Shown: positions 12,326-24,402, counted from the stretch's first letter. The stretch is DNA of 64,000 bases from an uncultured Woeseiaceae bacterium (GCA_964569695.1 CAZMUA010000005.1:18904-82903); one strand, 5' to 3'. Notes: generated by a model not told the origin, from the sequence alone. Translations and numbers: made by a program.

Positions 12326-13459
12326 ATGTACGGGCTGTACATGACTAACACCAAAGAGACACTGCAGAGGACTCCGCTCTACGCTTCTCATGTTGAGTTG
12401 GGAGCTCGTATGGTTTCGTTTGGTGGTTGGGAAATGCCGGTTGAATACACGGGTATTAGTGAAGAGCATATCGCTGTACGAACGACTGCAGGCCTATTTG
12501 ACGTGAGTCATATGGGTGAAATTGAGATTGCTGGTGATCAAGCATTGGCTGCTGTTCAACGAATTAGTTGTAACAATGCGGATAAATTGCAGATTGGGCA
12601 GGCTCAGTATTCTGGCCTGCTAACATCCGAAGGTACCTTTGTTGATGATCTTCTTGTATATCGGTTAGCTTCCGATCATTTTATGCTAGTTGTTAATGCT
12701 GCCAATATCCAAAAAGATTATCAATGGATTAAAGAACATATTAGTGCGCTTGGTGATGCAGTGGCTGTCAATGCGAGCAGCCGGTATGGTTTGTTGGCCG
12801 TGCAAGGACCTGGCGCACTTGAAGTTGTGCAAACCTTGACAAGTATCGATCTTGCTGACATTTCGTATTACTGGTTTGTGACCGGCGAATTGGCTAATGA
12901 GAGAGTTACGATTTCACGGACTGGATATACTGGAGAAGACGGGGTAGAAATTTTTGTTGCACCCCAGTCAGCGAGAAAGATTTGGACGGCTTTACTAGAG
13001 TCTGGTCAGAAAGCTGGACTTAAACCAGCTGGGCTCGGTGCCCGTGATACGTTGCGACTTGAATCGGCGATGCGGCTTTATGGGCAAGATATTACCGATC
13101 AGACGAGTGCACTTGAAGCGGGCCTTGGATGGATTGTGGGCTGGGACAAAGAAGGATTTATTGGAGACAAATTGCTACGCCTCCAGAAAACTGACGGAGT
13201 GTCCCGCAGACTTGTGGGTTTTGAGATGGTCGACCGTGGCATTGCTCGACATGGTTACGCAGTCTACGCCGAAGGTGTGGAAATTGGGATTGTTACTAGT
13301 GGTACCCATGCCCCTTCTTTGAAAAAAGCAATCGGGATGGCCTATGTTCAAAAAGCTTATACTGCGATTGATACAGAGTTTCAAATTAATATTCGAGGGA
13401 AACGTGTGACAGCTCGTGTTGTACGAATGCCATTTTATAAACGTCGAGAGGCTGACTAG
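12326..13459 (+). CDS. gcvT: glycine cleavage system aminomethyltransferase (T protein)
   Basis: 377 aa with '[10 protein letters not shown]', 'LFDVSHMGE' and '[11 protein letters not shown]'. The start may instead be 12338 (MTNTKE...). Confidence 0.92.
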   Translation: MYGLYMTNTKETLQRTPLYASHVELGARMVSFGGWEMPVEYTGISEEHIAVRTTAGLFDVSHMGEIEIAGDQALAAVQRISCNNADKLQIGQAQYSGLLTSEGTFVDDLLVYRLASDHFMLVVNAANIQKDYQWIKEHISALGDAVAVNASSRYGLLAVQGPGALEVVQTLTSIDLADISYYWFVTGELANERVTISRTGYTGEDGVEIFVAPQSARKIWTALLESGQKAGLKPAGLGARDTLRLESAMRLYGQDITDQTSALEAGLGWIVGWDKEGFIGDKLLRLQKTDGVSRRLVGFEMVDRGIARHGYAVYAEGVEIGIVTSGTHAPSLKKAIGMAYVQKAYTAIDTEFQINIRGKRVTARVVRMPFYKRREAD

Positions 13460-13461
13460 TT

Positions 13462-13833
13462 ATGTATCCGAATGATCGGAAGTACAGTAAGGACCATGAA
13501 TGGGTTCAGATGGCTGACTCTGGGGCGAAGATAGGCATTACGGACTATGCGCAAGAACAATTGGGTGATGTCGTCTATGTGGAATTACCTGAGGTCGGAC
13601 GCATGATTAAGCAGGGTGAAATATTCGGTGCGATAGAATCTGTGAAAGCAGTATCTGAACTGTATTCTCCGATGTCAGGTGAAGTCACTGTGGTTAACAG
13701 CGAATTAGTCGATCATCCGGAATTGGTAAATGGGAAACCACACGAAACTTGGATGATCACGGTGAAACCTAGTAACCTTGAAGAGTCGAGCGAGCTGATG
13801 GATGCAACAGCGTACAGTGAGCACTTGAAATAA
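13462..13833 (+). CDS. gcvH: glycine cleavage system H protein
   Basis: 123 aa with the lipoyl-lysine motif 'ESVKAVSELYSP'. Confidence 0.92.
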   Translation: MYPNDRKYSKDHEWVQMADSGAKIGITDYAQEQLGDVVYVELPEVGRMIKQGEIFGAIESVKAVSELYSPMSGEVTVVNSELVDHPELVNGKPHETWMITVKPSNLEESSELMDATAYSEHLK

Positions 13834-13873
13834 GCTGAGCTCTGCATCAGAAATTTTCGTTCGGTTTGCATTT

Positions 13874-16734
13874 ATGGCACGTTTTCCCATCACAGACCGA
13901 TTCCGAGATCGTCATATAGGGCCTAGTGCCACTGAGCATGAACAAATGCTGAAAGTGGTCGGGGCCCAGTCACTTGACCAGTTGATCGATGAAGTCGTTC
14001 CTGCAGACATTCGTCTCCAGAGTAAATTAGAACTCGCCGAATCAGAAGGCGAATATGGATGCTTGTCTGATTTAAAGTCTTTAGCCTCACAAAATCGGAA
14101 TGCGCGTTCTTATATTGGCATGGGGTACTATGGCTGTATTACGCCCAGCGTCATTATCCGGAACGTATTTGAAAGTCCAGGCTGGTATACGCCTTATACA
14201 CCCTATCAAGCTGAAATTGCTCAAGGTCGCCTAGAAACGCTGTTTACCTTTCAGACTCTAGTAACAGATTTGAGTGGAATGGAAGTTGCAACAGCGTCCC
14301 TTTTAGATGAACCAACAGCGGCTGCTGAAGCGATGGCGATGTTGCACCGAGTGCAAAAGGGTCATAGGAATCGATTTATTATTTCCGAGACTTGTTTTCC
14401 TCAGACGATCGCCGTTGTGCGCGGTCGGGCGGAACCGCTTGGCATTGCCGTGGATGTTGCTGATGTTGGCCAGGTGGAATTCGATGACGATGTTTTCGGT
14501 TTACTAGTGCAGTATCCAAACGATACTGGCGGGGTAGAAGATCTAGCGCCTCTGATTGCGCGAGCCCATGCGTCAGGTGTCTTGGTTGGGGCATGTTCTG
14601 ATTTATTGGCACTGACGTTGTTGACTCCGCCTGGCGAAATGGATGCCGATGTTGTTGTTGGCAACGCGCAACGGTTTGGAGTCCCATTAGGCTATGGTGG
14701 TCCGCACGCGGCATTTTTTGCAACACGCCAGGGTTACGTTCGACAGACGCCAGGTCGAATTATAGGGACTTCAGTCGATGTAGATGGTGCAGTGGTATTT
14801 CGAATGGCGCTGCAGACTCGTGAACAGCATATTCGACGTGAAAAGGCGACCTCAAGCATTTGTACGGCACAAGCGTTACTTGCTAACGTGTCAGCACTCT
14901 ACGCTGTTTATCATGGACCAGGCGGACTGACGGGCATTGCTCAGCGTGTGCATGGACTGGCAGTGGTTCTTGCTGAAGAGTTGACTAGGCTTGGGATTAC
15001 CCAAACGAATCAATATTATTTTGACACTCTACACCTTGTATTACCAGAGGATCTGGTGGCGGCTCATGTTCGAGAAATAGCAAGCACAGCACGACTCAAC
15101 TTCCGCTACTTCGAATCTGGCGCAATAGGTATTTCGCTCGATGAGACGACTACTCAGGCTGATGTGCAAGCGATCGTGGATGTGTTTAGGCAAGCAGTGG
15201 GTTTTCAAGATTTAGACATTAATTGGAAAGACGCGGAAAAAGTATCTGACACATTTCCTGAAACGCTTGAACGTCAGAAGGAGTTTCTCGGTCATCCTGT
15301 CTTCCTTGATCATCACTCTGAAGCTGAAATGATGCGTTATATTCGACGCTTGGAAGAACGTGATATAGGTCTAGATTTGTCCATGATTCCGCTGGGATCT
15401 TGCACGATGAAATTGAACGCAGCCTCGACAATGATTCCAATGGCTTGGCCAGAATTTTCTAACTTGCATCCCTTTGCACCGCGTGAAGACACACGTGGCT
15501 TTGAAGAAATGTTTCGTGAGTTGGAGAATGCGCTGGCCGTAATTACTGGATTACCAGGGGTTTCCCTGCAACCGAATTCTGGTGCACAAGAGGAGTTTGC
15601 CGGTCTATCGGTCATTCGAGCTTACCATCGAGACCGTGGAGACCAACACCGAGATGTTGTAATAATTCCCTCGTCAGCTCACGGAACGAATCCTGCCTCG
15701 GCACGCATGGCTGGGATGCAAGTGGTTGTCGTGCGTTGCGATGAACAGGGGAATGTAGACATTGAAGATCTGAAATCGAAGGTCGATGCCAATGCCGAAG
15801 CTTTGGCTGCGCTCATGTTGACGTATCCATCAACCCATGGAGTCTTTGAGGAATCAGTCCGCAATATTTGTGACATTGTTCACCAACAGGGCGGGCAGGT
15901 TTATATGGATGGGGCAAATATGAATGCGCAGGTGGGTTTGACAAGTCCTGCCATGATTGGCGCTGACGTTTGCCATCTTAATCTTCACAAAACTTTTGCG
16001 ATTCCTCACGGTGGCGGTGGACCAGGAATGGGTCCTATAGCGGTTGCATCCCACCTCACTCCGTACCTACCAGGGCATCCGGTTGTGTCGACTGGCGGTG
16101 AGCGAGCGATTGCAGCGGTGGCGGGTGCCCCATGGGGGAGTGCTGGAGTGTTGATGATTTCTTACGCTTTTATTCGAATGCTTGGCGGAAAAGGGCTTTC
16201 TGAGATGGCTCGTTACGCAATTCTGGGCGCTAACTACGTAAAAGCACGGCTGGAGTCGCACTACGACATCCTTTATACGAGTGTTAATAGGCGCGTAGCT
16301 CATGAAATGATTCTCGTCCATTTAAGGATAGTGCAGGAATTAATGAACAAGATTTAGCGAAAAGATTGATTGATTACGGTTTTCATGCGCCTACCGTATC
16401 GTTTCCCGTAGCTGGAACGATGATGGTGGAACCCACCGAAAGTGAACCGTTAGCCGAATTGGATCGATTTTGTGACGCAATGATTGCCATTCGGAATGAG
16501 ATTAGACAGATTGCTGATGGTGAGGCTGATCGTAATGACAATGTATTAAAAAACGCCCCACATACGGCATCGGCGGCTACGGTTGAGGACTGGAAACATC
16601 CCTATACGCGGGAGCAAGCAGTGTATCCATTACCGTTTGTAAGGGCGAACAAGTTCTGGCCTGTTGTTGGGCGAATTGATAATGCTTATGGCGATCGCCA
16701 CCTAGTCTGTGGCTGGAGTGGAACTTCCACCTAG
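13874..16734 (+). pseudogene. gcvP: glycine dehydrogenase (decarboxylating) P protein, single-chain type, interrupted by a frameshift near 16313-16318
   Basis: ORFs 13874..16357 and 16366..16734 are the N- and C-terminal parts of one GcvP. The sequence reads '...VAHEMIL', then changes frame to '[46 protein letters not shown]'. Confidence 0.85.
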
Positions 16735-16743
16735 CAGGTATTA

Positions 16744-16793
16744 AAGCTTCACAGCCATGCTTAAGTGGCTGTCATTGCATAAGCTTTTGTTTG
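16744..16793 (+). terminator. candidate (possibly bidirectional) hairpin terminator between convergent gcvP and the class IV aminotransferase gene
   Basis: Nested inverted repeats: AAGCTT (16744-16749) pairs with AAGCTT (16781-16786), and ACAGCCA (16751-16757) pairs with TGGCTGT (16766-16772). T-rich TTGTTTG follows. The structure overlaps the stop codon of the minus-strand gene. Confidence 0.3.
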
Positions 16794-17633
16794 TAATCCC
16801 TCAAGTAAACTTTTTGTAATCGGGCCTGGTGATCCGTTTCCTATAGTTGTCGACCCAATCCTTACTATCGGAATAATTTCACGTGTTGTGCTGGTAAGAA
16901 ATGCTTCGTCGGCTGTAGCCAAATCAGCATCGCGTAGAACTGCCTCCCTGACTGGAATACCGAGTTCTTCTCCTACTTCGAATATAAAATTTCTAGTAAT
17001 TCCCTCCAGCAATCCATCGCTGACCGCTGGGGTTACAGCGACAGCATTCTGCACAAGAAAGAAATTGGATTGTGAACACTCGACAAGGTTTCCCTTATAG
17101 TTGCGCATAAGAGCTTCGTAGGAATTCTGCTTAAGAGCTTCTTGCATCGCAAGAGCATTATTTAATAGGTTGTTGGATTTGATTTTTGGATTGACTGAAG
17201 ATGGGTGATTACGAATGATTGATGTAAGTGCTACATTCACACCGTTGGTGCGTAGTTCTTCCTGAATGTTTACATGTGGTTTAACGATGATAACAAGTGT
17301 TGGTGTTAAACACTTGGCAGGATCGTAGCTAAGTTCGCCAACTCCTCGTGTCAGTAGTATACGGATATAGGCTTCATTTAGGCCCTCGACGGCATCCATG
17401 GTTTGGTATATTCGTTCGAGGCATTCACGATTAGAAAGAGGCAAAGTAAGATCGATCATGTCTCCGGATGAGCGTAATCTGATCATGTGCCTGTCAAACA
17501 AGAAAGGTTTGTGATTATAAGTGCGGAGTGTTTCATATACACCAGCCCCATAGAGGAAGCCGTGATCAAATACGGAAATAGAGGCCTCTTTAGAATCGCA
17601 AATTGCACCGTTAACATTTACAACGATGGACAT
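16761..17633 (-). CDS. class IV (fold type IV) aminotransferase, branched-chain/D-amino-acid aminotransferase family
   Basis: 290 aa with 'FDHGFLYGAGVYE', 'IKSNNLLNNALAMQEA', 'ECSQSNFFLV' and 'EGITR'. Motifs alone cannot separate IlvE, Dat and PabC. Confidence 0.8.
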   Translation of the reverse strand: MSIVVNVNGAICDSKEASISVFDHGFLYGAGVYETLRTYNHKPFLFDRHMIRLRSSGDMIDLTLPLSNRECLERIYQTMDAVEGLNEAYIRILLTRGVGELSYDPAKCLTPTLVIIVKPHVNIQEELRTNGVNVALTSIIRNHPSSVNPKIKSNNLLNNALAMQEALKQNSYEALMRNYKGNLVECSQSNFFLVQNAVAVTPAVSDGLLEGITRNFIFEVGEELGIPVREAVLRDADLATADEAFLTSTTREIIPIVRIGSTTIGNGSPGPITKSLLEGLQTKAYAMTAT

Positions 17634-17798
17634 CTTTTCTCCAGAATGGTTTTATAGTAGTTCTTCTTCGCGATGACCAGCAAGGATGACAAGTTCAACG
17701 GACAGAAGTCAGCGTACACTGTGTGTTAGACTTCGTGCAAATGTTGTTGAGAAGGAACCGTGTACGGCAGGCAATTAGGAGCGGATGGTGAATTAGGT

Positions 17799-19388
17799 AT
17801 GCGCGTGTTGAACAAAAAACAAATGCTTGAGGCGGAACGCCGCACAATAGAGGAGATTGGGATTCCTGCAATTGTCCTTATGGAGAATGCCGGTCGACAA
17901 GTGGTTGCAGCTCTTGAGTCCCGATTCGATGATCTTCCAGAACGCAGGGTAGCTGTACTGTGTGGTTGCGGGAACAATGGTGGTGACGGTTTTGTGGTGG
18001 CACGAACCCTACAGCAGCGAGATATTTTGGCGTCAGTGTTTCTTGTGGGTGAAGTGTCAAATGTGAAAGATGAGGCGCGTCGTAATCTTGAAGTGTTAGG
18101 TCAACTTGGGATGACTGTCGTTGAAATTCGAGATGAGCAAGCATGGGAGTTGCACTATTCAGAGATTTCAGACTACGACATTATTGTCGATGCGTTGCTT
18201 GGAACTGGAGTTCGAGTTCCATTAGTCGGGTTACTGCAAACCTTGGTAGCAGACATCAATGTCTCCAATATTCCTGTTGTTTCGGTTGATCTCCCGACAG
18301 GGGTCTCTGCTGACTCCCACGATATTGTGGGTGAGGTTATGGAAGCTAGTTTAACCGTGACAATGGCAGCGCCGAAGATCCCACTAATTTTGCCCCCAGC
18401 GGAGAGTCAAGCTGGAGACCTCGTAGTCGCTGATATCGGTATACCTCAAGAGGTTATCGACAACATAGAACCTCCGAAAATCGATTTGCTGACACGGGAG
18501 ACTGTTTTAGAACTTATCAACCCTCGACATGACGATGCACATAAGGGTGATTTTGGTCATGTATTGATCGTCGCGGGCTCGAGTGGAAAGAGTGGTGCAG
18601 CTAGTTTGGCAGGAATTGGCTCGATTCGGAGTGGTGCGGGCTTAGTGACAGTTGCTTCACCAAAGTCTTGTCAGGGAATCATCGCTGGAGCGGCACCTGA
18701 TTATATGACCGAGAGTCTTGCTGAGACTCCAGAAGGCCTGGTCGATTTTGCCGCATTGGAAGCAGTTTTAAGCATGGAAAGCGATGTGGTGGCGGTGGGG
18801 CCCGGACTCGGCATCGGCCCCTCGGTGTCAGCGTTTGTTCACGGACTTCTTGAGCGTGTTGGAACGCCCATTATTCTTGATGCTGATGCTCTCAATGCGT
18901 TTGTAGGGGATGTGGATAGACTGCACGGAAGAGATGGTCTCGATGTGGTTATCACGCCTCATCCAGGTGAGATGGCTCGCTTACTTGGTACGACGGTGGA
19001 TGATGTTCAAGCTAATCGAGTTGAGATAGCTAGACAGTTCGCAGCTGCTCACCATTTGCATGTTGTGCTGAAGGGTTACCGTACAGTAATTGCTACTCCT
19101 AATGGAGACGTGTTTCTCAATTTGACAGGAAATCCTGGTATGGCTGTTGGTGGAACGGGCGATGTTTTGACTGGCGTACTTGCAGCATGGTCAGCGCAAC
19201 TCCTTGATGCAGATGCTGCCTGCAAGGTGGCAGTTTATGTGCACGGACTGGCTGGGGACATTGCTGAGATCGACAAAGGGGAAATTTCAATGTCCGCGTC
19301 TGATTTAACTGATCATTTAGGCACTGCCTTGCTTGACCTCTCCTCAAACAATCAAATAGATGATGAATCGCAAGGCAAACAAAATTGA
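17799..19388 (+). CDS. nnr: bifunctional NAD(P)H-hydrate repair enzyme (epimerase/ADP-dependent dehydratase)
   Basis: It has an N-terminal YjeF_N domain ('CGCGNNGGDGFVVAR') and a C-terminal carbohydrate-kinase-like domain ('GDFGHVLIVAGS', 'GGTGDVLTG'). The longest ORF starts at 17760; the Met at 17799 (MRVLNKKQM) is the more plausible start. Confidence 0.88.
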   Translation: MRVLNKKQMLEAERRTIEEIGIPAIVLMENAGRQVVAALESRFDDLPERRVAVLCGCGNNGGDGFVVARTLQQRDILASVFLVGEVSNVKDEARRNLEVLGQLGMTVVEIRDEQAWELHYSEISDYDIIVDALLGTGVRVPLVGLLQTLVADINVSNIPVVSVDLPTGVSADSHDIVGEVMEASLTVTMAAPKIPLILPPAESQAGDLVVADIGIPQEVIDNIEPPKIDLLTRETVLELINPRHDDAHKGDFGHVLIVAGSSGKSGAASLAGIGSIRSGAGLVTVASPKSCQGIIAGAAPDYMTESLAETPEGLVDFAALEAVLSMESDVVAVGPGLGIGPSVSAFVHGLLERVGTPIILDADALNAFVGDVDRLHGRDGLDVVITPHPGEMARLLGTTVDDVQANRVEIARQFAAAHHLHVVLKGYRTVIATPNGDVFLNLTGNPGMAVGGTGDVLTGVLAAWSAQLLDADAACKVAVYVHGLAGDIAEIDKGEISMSASDLTDHLGTALLDLSSNNQIDDESQGKQN

Positions 19389-19807
19389 AAACCCAGTTGG
19401 TTACTTGCATCAGTGAGTCAGAGCCTCAGACGATCGCCTTAGGTGAAAAATTCGCGAAGACTCTCGTTCCGGGTGCTGTGTTACTTTTGTTTGGGGAGCT
19501 TGGTGTCGGTAAAACCGCTTTTGTACGTGGATTAGCGAAAGGACTCAAGTTGGACAGTGATTCTGTGAGTAGTCCAACTTTCACTTTAATTAATGAATAT
19601 GAGGGTCGACTGACTCTTTACCATGTAGATCTGTATCGAGTAGATCCTAATGAGGTGGATGACCTTGGGTTGATCGAATTAGGCGACAATCAAGGAATCA
19701 TTGCGATTGAGTGGGCTGAACACTTAGCACGGCGCTGGATGGGCGCTATCCAGATAGAGTTTAGGGATCTCGGTGAAGACCGACGAGAGATTAAGATTAA
19801 AGATTGA
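19385..19807 (+). CDS. tsaE: tRNA t6A biosynthesis ATPase TsaE
   Basis: 140 aa with the P-loop 'GELGVGKT' and 'LYHVDLYR'. Its TTG start overlaps the nnr stop by 4 nt. The yjeF-yjeE synteny is classic. Confidence 0.88.
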   Translation: MKTQLVTCISESEPQTIALGEKFAKTLVPGAVLLLFGELGVGKTAFVRGLAKGLKLDSDSVSSPTFTLINEYEGRLTLYHVDLYRVDPNEVDDLGLIELGDNQGIIAIEWAEHLARRWMGAIQIEFRDLGEDRREIKIKD

Positions 19808-19833
19808 TTTCGACAACCTGTGGCAGTGTAAAC

Positions 19834-21375
19834 TCATTCAGCACGGTAGTTGGGAGCTTCCTTAGTGATCACTACGTCATGCACATGACTTTCACGCATT
19901 CCAGCAGGCGTGACACGGATTAGGTTGGCATTCTTTTGCAATTCTTTGATATTTTCTGACCCGCAATATCCCATGCCTGCACGCAATCCTCCGACTAGTT
20001 GATGAAGTAAGGCGGCGAGTCCTCCTTTGTGTGGAACGCGACCTTCAATCCCTTCGGGCACGAGTTTTTCGTTAGTATCAGCGCTATCTTGCAATTCAAA
20101 TTCATCCTGGAAATATCGATCGCGACTACCCATTCGCATCGCACCGATCGAACCCATCCCTCTGTACTCTTTAAAGCTTCTACCTTGGTAAAGAATAAGC
20201 TCCCCAGGACTTTCATCTGTGCCTGCGAAAAGGCTTCCAATCATGACAGAGCTCGCTCCCACTGCGATCGCCTTAGTTACATCACCAGAGTACCGGACCC
20301 CGCCGTCAGAGATGATCGGGATATCGCAACGGTTAGCCACATCCGAGCATTCTCGTATTGACGTAATCATCGGCATGCCAATACCTGCAACAACGCGCGT
20401 GGTGCAAATTGAACCTGAGCCGATTCCGATTTTCACAGCATCAACTCCGAGATCAATTAGCGCTTGGGTAGCGTCACCCGTCGCTACGTTTCCAGCGATT
20501 AAGTTTACTGAAGGATAAGCGGTTCTCAGTTTCCCGATCACCTGCATGACACCACTCGAGTGACCATGAGCGGTATCCACGACAAGCACATCTGCATTAG
20601 CCGCCATTAAAGCTTCGGCACGCCTTTCCGTGTCTTTGGCAATGCCCACCGCTGCACCAACACACAGACGTCCAATGTCATCTTTACACGCATTTGGGTA
20701 CTTAATTACCTTTTGAATATCCTTGACTGTTATTAATCCCTTCAACATATGGTTCTTGTCAACGACCAGCAGTTTCTCGACTTTATGGAGATGAAGAATT
20801 TCCTTTGCTTCGTCCAACGTGGTTCCAACGGGAACAGTAATAAGATTTTCACTTGTCATGATCTCTGAGATTTCTTGATCAACATTAACCTCAAAGCGAA
20901 GATCGCGATTAGTAAGGATGCCTACTAAACGACCTTCCTTGCTGCCGTCATCAGTTATCGGTACGCCTGAAATGTGATATTCCTTCATTAAGGCCAGGGC
21001 TTCATGGATTCGATGTTTGGGTGACAGGGTAATTGGGTTGACGATCATGCCACTTTCTGATCGCTTAACTCGATCCACTTCTGATGCTTGTTCTTCAATT
21101 GATAGATTCTTATGAATAACACCGATCCCACCATGTTGAGCCATCGCAATGGCAAGTCGTGACTCAGTTACGGTGTCCATCGCAGCACTGACAAGTGGGA
21201 TATTGAGTCGGAGCTTCTGCGTGAGACGAGAGCCTACATTCACTTGACTTGGTAAGATTGACGAATAGCGTGGAACCAGCAACACATCATCGAATGTGAG
21301 AGCGATAGGAGCGTCCGCGAGTGATTTATTAGAAGACTTTGGGTTTATTTGTTTTGGCACACGGTCACCTTCCAT
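19834..21375 (-). CDS. guaB: IMP dehydrogenase
   Basis: It has '[10 protein letters not shown]', tandem CBS domains, the catalytic loop '[11 protein letters not shown]' and 'YRGMGS'. The longest ORF reaches 21441. The ATG at 21375 (MEGDRV...) overlaps the secA stop by 11 nt (ATGGAAGGTGA) and gives a normal length. Confidence 0.93.
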   Translation of the reverse strand: MEGDRVPKQINPKSSNKSLADAPIALTFDDVLLVPRYSSILPSQVNVGSRLTQKLRLNIPLVSAAMDTVTESRLAIAMAQHGGIGVIHKNLSIEEQASEVDRVKRSESGMIVNPITLSPKHRIHEALALMKEYHISGVPITDDGSKEGRLVGILTNRDLRFEVNVDQEISEIMTSENLITVPVGTTLDEAKEILHLHKVEKLLVVDKNHMLKGLITVKDIQKVIKYPNACKDDIGRLCVGAAVGIAKDTERRAEALMAANADVLVVDTAHGHSSGVMQVIGKLRTAYPSVNLIAGNVATGDATQALIDLGVDAVKIGIGSGSICTTRVVAGIGMPMITSIRECSDVANRCDIPIISDGGVRYSGDVTKAIAVGASSVMIGSLFAGTDESPGELILYQGRSFKEYRGMGSIGAMRMGSRDRYFQDEFELQDSADTNEKLVPEGIEGRVPHKGGLAALLHQLVGGLRAGMGYCGSENIKELQKNANLIRVTPAGMRESHVHDVVITKEAPNYRAE

Positions 21376-24259
21376 GACATTTTTTATATTTCTTTCCACT
21401 CCCGCAAGGGCAAGGATCATTGCGTCCAACTTTTGGAGCATCTCGTCTAATAGTTCTTACCTTGGCATCGTCACCACCCGTACGTGGTGAGTTAGGGTTA
21501 GTAACGGGTGCTGCTGAGTTTGCAAACGAAGGTGCTGGTTGTCCTGGGTTGTTAAAGGTCAGGCCAGCAGTAGAGTTTTCAGGCGTTTCTTTGGCCAATC
21601 CAGATTCCACGGTTTTCATTACCGGTTTAATACGCCAGAGATACTTAATGATTTCTTCATCGATTCTTACTTTCATCGCCTGAAACAATGCGAAGCTTTC
21701 CCGCTTGTACTCCACGAGTGGGTCACGCTGACCATAACCGCGTAATCCGATACCGTCTTTTAGATGATCGAGACCGTAGAGATGGTCCTTCCATTGGGCA
21801 TCAACAATCTGTAACATCACGTCTCGTTCGAGTTGTCGCACAAGTGAAGACTCAAGGTCCTTTTCTTTTTCCTCGTATTTTGCGCAAGCCTGTTGCCATA
21901 GAGCTTCGCGAAGACCTTCAACATCCAAATCTTGTAAATCGAGCGCTTCGAGTTCATTTGATGGGAGGCCGAAGAGTTCGGATGTGAATTTCTTAAGCTC
22001 ATCGATGTCCCAATCTTCAGGTTCGATCTGCGGTCCACAGGTGGATTCGAGTGTTTCGTCAATGGCTTCTTCGCCAAGAGTCATTAAGTACTGCCGTGTA
22101 TCAACTTTCTCAGTTTCGGTAAGTCGAATTTGACCCTCGAGGAGTTCACGTCGTAGCCCGTACACGCTTTCTCGCTGCTTATTCATGACGTCATCGTATT
22201 CAAGAAGATGTTTTCGAACTGAGAAATTCTGGGCCTCTACTTGTCGCTGAGCGCGTTCAATAGCTCGCGTTACCATTTTGTGTTCGATCGGAACTCCTTC
22301 TTCCATGCCAAGGCGTTCCATTAGTCCAGAAATACGATCTGATCCAAAAATTCGCATGAGATCGTCTTCGAGCGATAGGTAAAAGCGTGAAGATCCTGGG
22401 TCGCCTTGGCGCCCTGCTCGGCCGCGGAGCTGATTGTCAATTCGACGCGCTTCATGACGTTCTGTGGCAATGATGTGAAGCCCTCCTGCAGCGACCACTT
22501 CATCATGTTCGATTTCTGTTTGTTCAGAGAACCTATTAAATTGTTCGTTCCATGCCACTTTGGCAACGCGATAAAAATTATCAAGGTGATAAAAGTGTAT
22601 AAATTCTTCGTCATCGATCAGGCCTTCTTCACCCTTTGAAAGACGTTCGGCCGTTTCATCGGCTAGGCACTGCTGCCTTGCCATGAATTCTGGATTGCCA
22701 CCGAGTAGGATGTCTGTTCCACGGCCAGCCATGTTGGTAGCAATGGTTACCGTACTTTTCCGACCGGCCTGTGCAACAATTTCTGCCTCTTTCGCATGGT
22801 ATTTTGCGTTCAAAACGACATGTTTGATACCGTTGCGCTTCAAAAGGCTCGATAGCCGTTCTGATTTCTCGATCGAAACTGTTCCTACGAGGACTGGGCG
22901 ACCGGCCTCCTTTTGTTCGGCTATATCGCCAACGATTGCGTTAAATTTTTCCAGTTCGGTGCGATAAATGGTGTCAGGTTCTTCTAGGCGGAGAAGGGTC
23001 CGATTAGTTGGAATGACGGCCACGTCAAGATTGTAAATCTTTGCAAATTCTGGCGCTTCGGTGTCAGCAGTTCCGGTCATACCCGACAGTTTTTCGTACT
23101 TACGGAAATAATTCTGAAAAGTGACGGTCGCCAGTGTTTGATTTTCACGCTCAATTTTTACTTTCTCTTTTGCTTCCACTGCTTGGTGAAGCCCGTCGCT
23201 CCAACGGCGACCAGGCATGAGTCGTCCCGTGAACTCATCGACAATGACAACCTGGCCTTCTTTGATCATGTAATCAACATCGCGTTGAAATAAAGTGTGT
23301 GCTCGCAATGCTTGATTCACGTGATGGAGTAGTGGCATATTGACTGGCTCATAAAGTCCGCCAGGGCTTAATCGATGAGCCAACATTGTTTCCGCCTTCG
23401 CCATGCCACCCTCGGTTAGCGATACGGTTTTATGCTTTTCGTCAGTAATATAGTCACCAGTAGTTTCAAGAGCGTCGCGTTCTTCACCCTTAAGGTCTCC
23501 TTGGGTCACCGCTCCGGCCTTCAGTTTTGGCACAATCCTGTTTACTTCTTCGTAGAGCTGGTTGGATTCTTCGGCTGGACCAGAAATGATCAGCGGCGTT
23601 CTGGCCTCATCAATTAGAATGCTGTCCACCTCATCGACAATAGCGAAGTGGTGCCCGCGCTGCACATGGTGGGACAGATTGAATTTCATATTGTCGCGAA
23701 GGTAGTCGAATCCAAACTCATTGTTCGTGCCATAGGTGATGTCAGCTGCGTAGGCTTCTTTGCGGTGTAGATCCTTTATGTCATGTTGGACTACGCCAAC
23801 ACTTAATCCAAGGAATCGATAGATTCGACCCATCCATTCCGAATCACGTCTGGCGAGATAGTCGTTTACAGTGACAACGTGTACACCTTTTCCGGTAAGT
23901 GCATTGAGATAGGCTGGAAGGGTGGCAACTAGGGTTTTACCTTCTCCAGTTTTCATTTCGGCGATCGTGCCACGGTGCAGCATCAAGCCACCAATGAGCT
24001 GGACGTCAAAGTGGCGCATCTGCAAGGTGCGACGTCCGGCTTCCCGGACGACAGCAAATGCATCGGGCAGCACGTCGTCAAGGGGCTCACCCTGTTCGAG
24101 GCGATTCCGCAAAGTAACGGTGTTTGAACGTAGACCTTGATCAGAAAGGGCAGTTAAGCCCGCTTCTCGTTCGTTAATCTGCGCAATTAGAGGTGTTAGG
24201 CGCTTGAGGTCGCGCTCATTTTTTGTGCCGAAGACCTTGGCCAGAAGCGAGTCGAACAT
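21365..24259 (-). CDS. secA: preprotein translocase ATPase SecA
   Basis: 964 aa with 'MKTGEGKTL' (Walker A), '[19 protein letters not shown]' and the C-terminal zinc motif '[14 protein letters not shown]'. Confidence 0.97.
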   Translation of the reverse strand: MFDSLLAKVFGTKNERDLKRLTPLIAQINEREAGLTALSDQGLRSNTVTLRNRLEQGEPLDDVLPDAFAVVREAGRRTLQMRHFDVQLIGGLMLHRGTIAEMKTGEGKTLVATLPAYLNALTGKGVHVVTVNDYLARRDSEWMGRIYRFLGLSVGVVQHDIKDLHRKEAYAADITYGTNNEFGFDYLRDNMKFNLSHHVQRGHHFAIVDEVDSILIDEARTPLIISGPAEESNQLYEEVNRIVPKLKAGAVTQGDLKGEERDALETTGDYITDEKHKTVSLTEGGMAKAETMLAHRLSPGGLYEPVNMPLLHHVNQALRAHTLFQRDVDYMIKEGQVVIVDEFTGRLMPGRRWSDGLHQAVEAKEKVKIERENQTLATVTFQNYFRKYEKLSGMTGTADTEAPEFAKIYNLDVAVIPTNRTLLRLEEPDTIYRTELEKFNAIVGDIAEQKEAGRPVLVGTVSIEKSERLSSLLKRNGIKHVVLNAKYHAKEAEIVAQAGRKSTVTIATNMAGRGTDILLGGNPEFMARQQCLADETAERLSKGEEGLIDDEEFIHFYHLDNFYRVAKVAWNEQFNRFSEQTEIEHDEVVAAGGLHIIATERHEARRIDNQLRGRAGRQGDPGSSRFYLSLEDDLMRIFGSDRISGLMERLGMEEGVPIEHKMVTRAIERAQRQVEAQNFSVRKHLLEYDDVMNKQRESVYGLRRELLEGQIRLTETEKVDTRQYLMTLGEEAIDETLESTCGPQIEPEDWDIDELKKFTSELFGLPSNELEALDLQDLDVEGLREALWQQACAKYEEKEKDLESSLVRQLERDVMLQIVDAQWKDHLYGLDHLKDGIGLRGYGQRDPLVEYKRESFALFQAMKVRIDEEIIKYLWRIKPVMKTVESGLAKETPENSTAGLTFNNPGQPAPSFANSAAPVTNPNSPRTGGDDAKVRTIRRDAPKVGRNDPCPCGSGKKYKKCHGR

Positions 24260-24315
24260 ATGTAGACAGGTCGACTAGATGATGAACGTTTTCATCGTTA
24301 TATCCGACTGATTGT

Positions 24316-24359
24316 ATGAAAGCTACAGTCCTACAGTCAAGAAAGACTGCAGCTTTCAT
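24316..24359 (-). other. 15-bp inverted repeat (one mismatch) in the M23-peptidase/secA intergenic region
   Basis: ATGAAAGCTACAGTC (24316-24330) pairs with GACTGCAGCTTTCAT (24345-24359). The loop side holds a tandem CTACAGTC|CTACAGTC. No U-run follows on either strand. Confidence 0.4.
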
Positions 24360-24402
24360 AAATACAAAGAGTTAACGGATGTACGGTGATACCGTTGTAT
24401 TT

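Noticed and set aside
12184-12337. I looked for a glycine riboswitch upstream of gcvT.
   Set aside because: None of the conserved core elements I remember (GGAGAG ... ACCGAAGGGGCAA ... CTCAGGCAAAAGGAC) is present. Only weak promoter-like hexamers and a 5-bp hairpin at the start codon are present.
21376-21441. A 22-codon N-terminal extension of guaB that overlaps secA by 77 nt.
   Set aside because: The internal ATG at 21375 gives a normal IMPDH length and a typical short 11-nt overlap with the secA stop.
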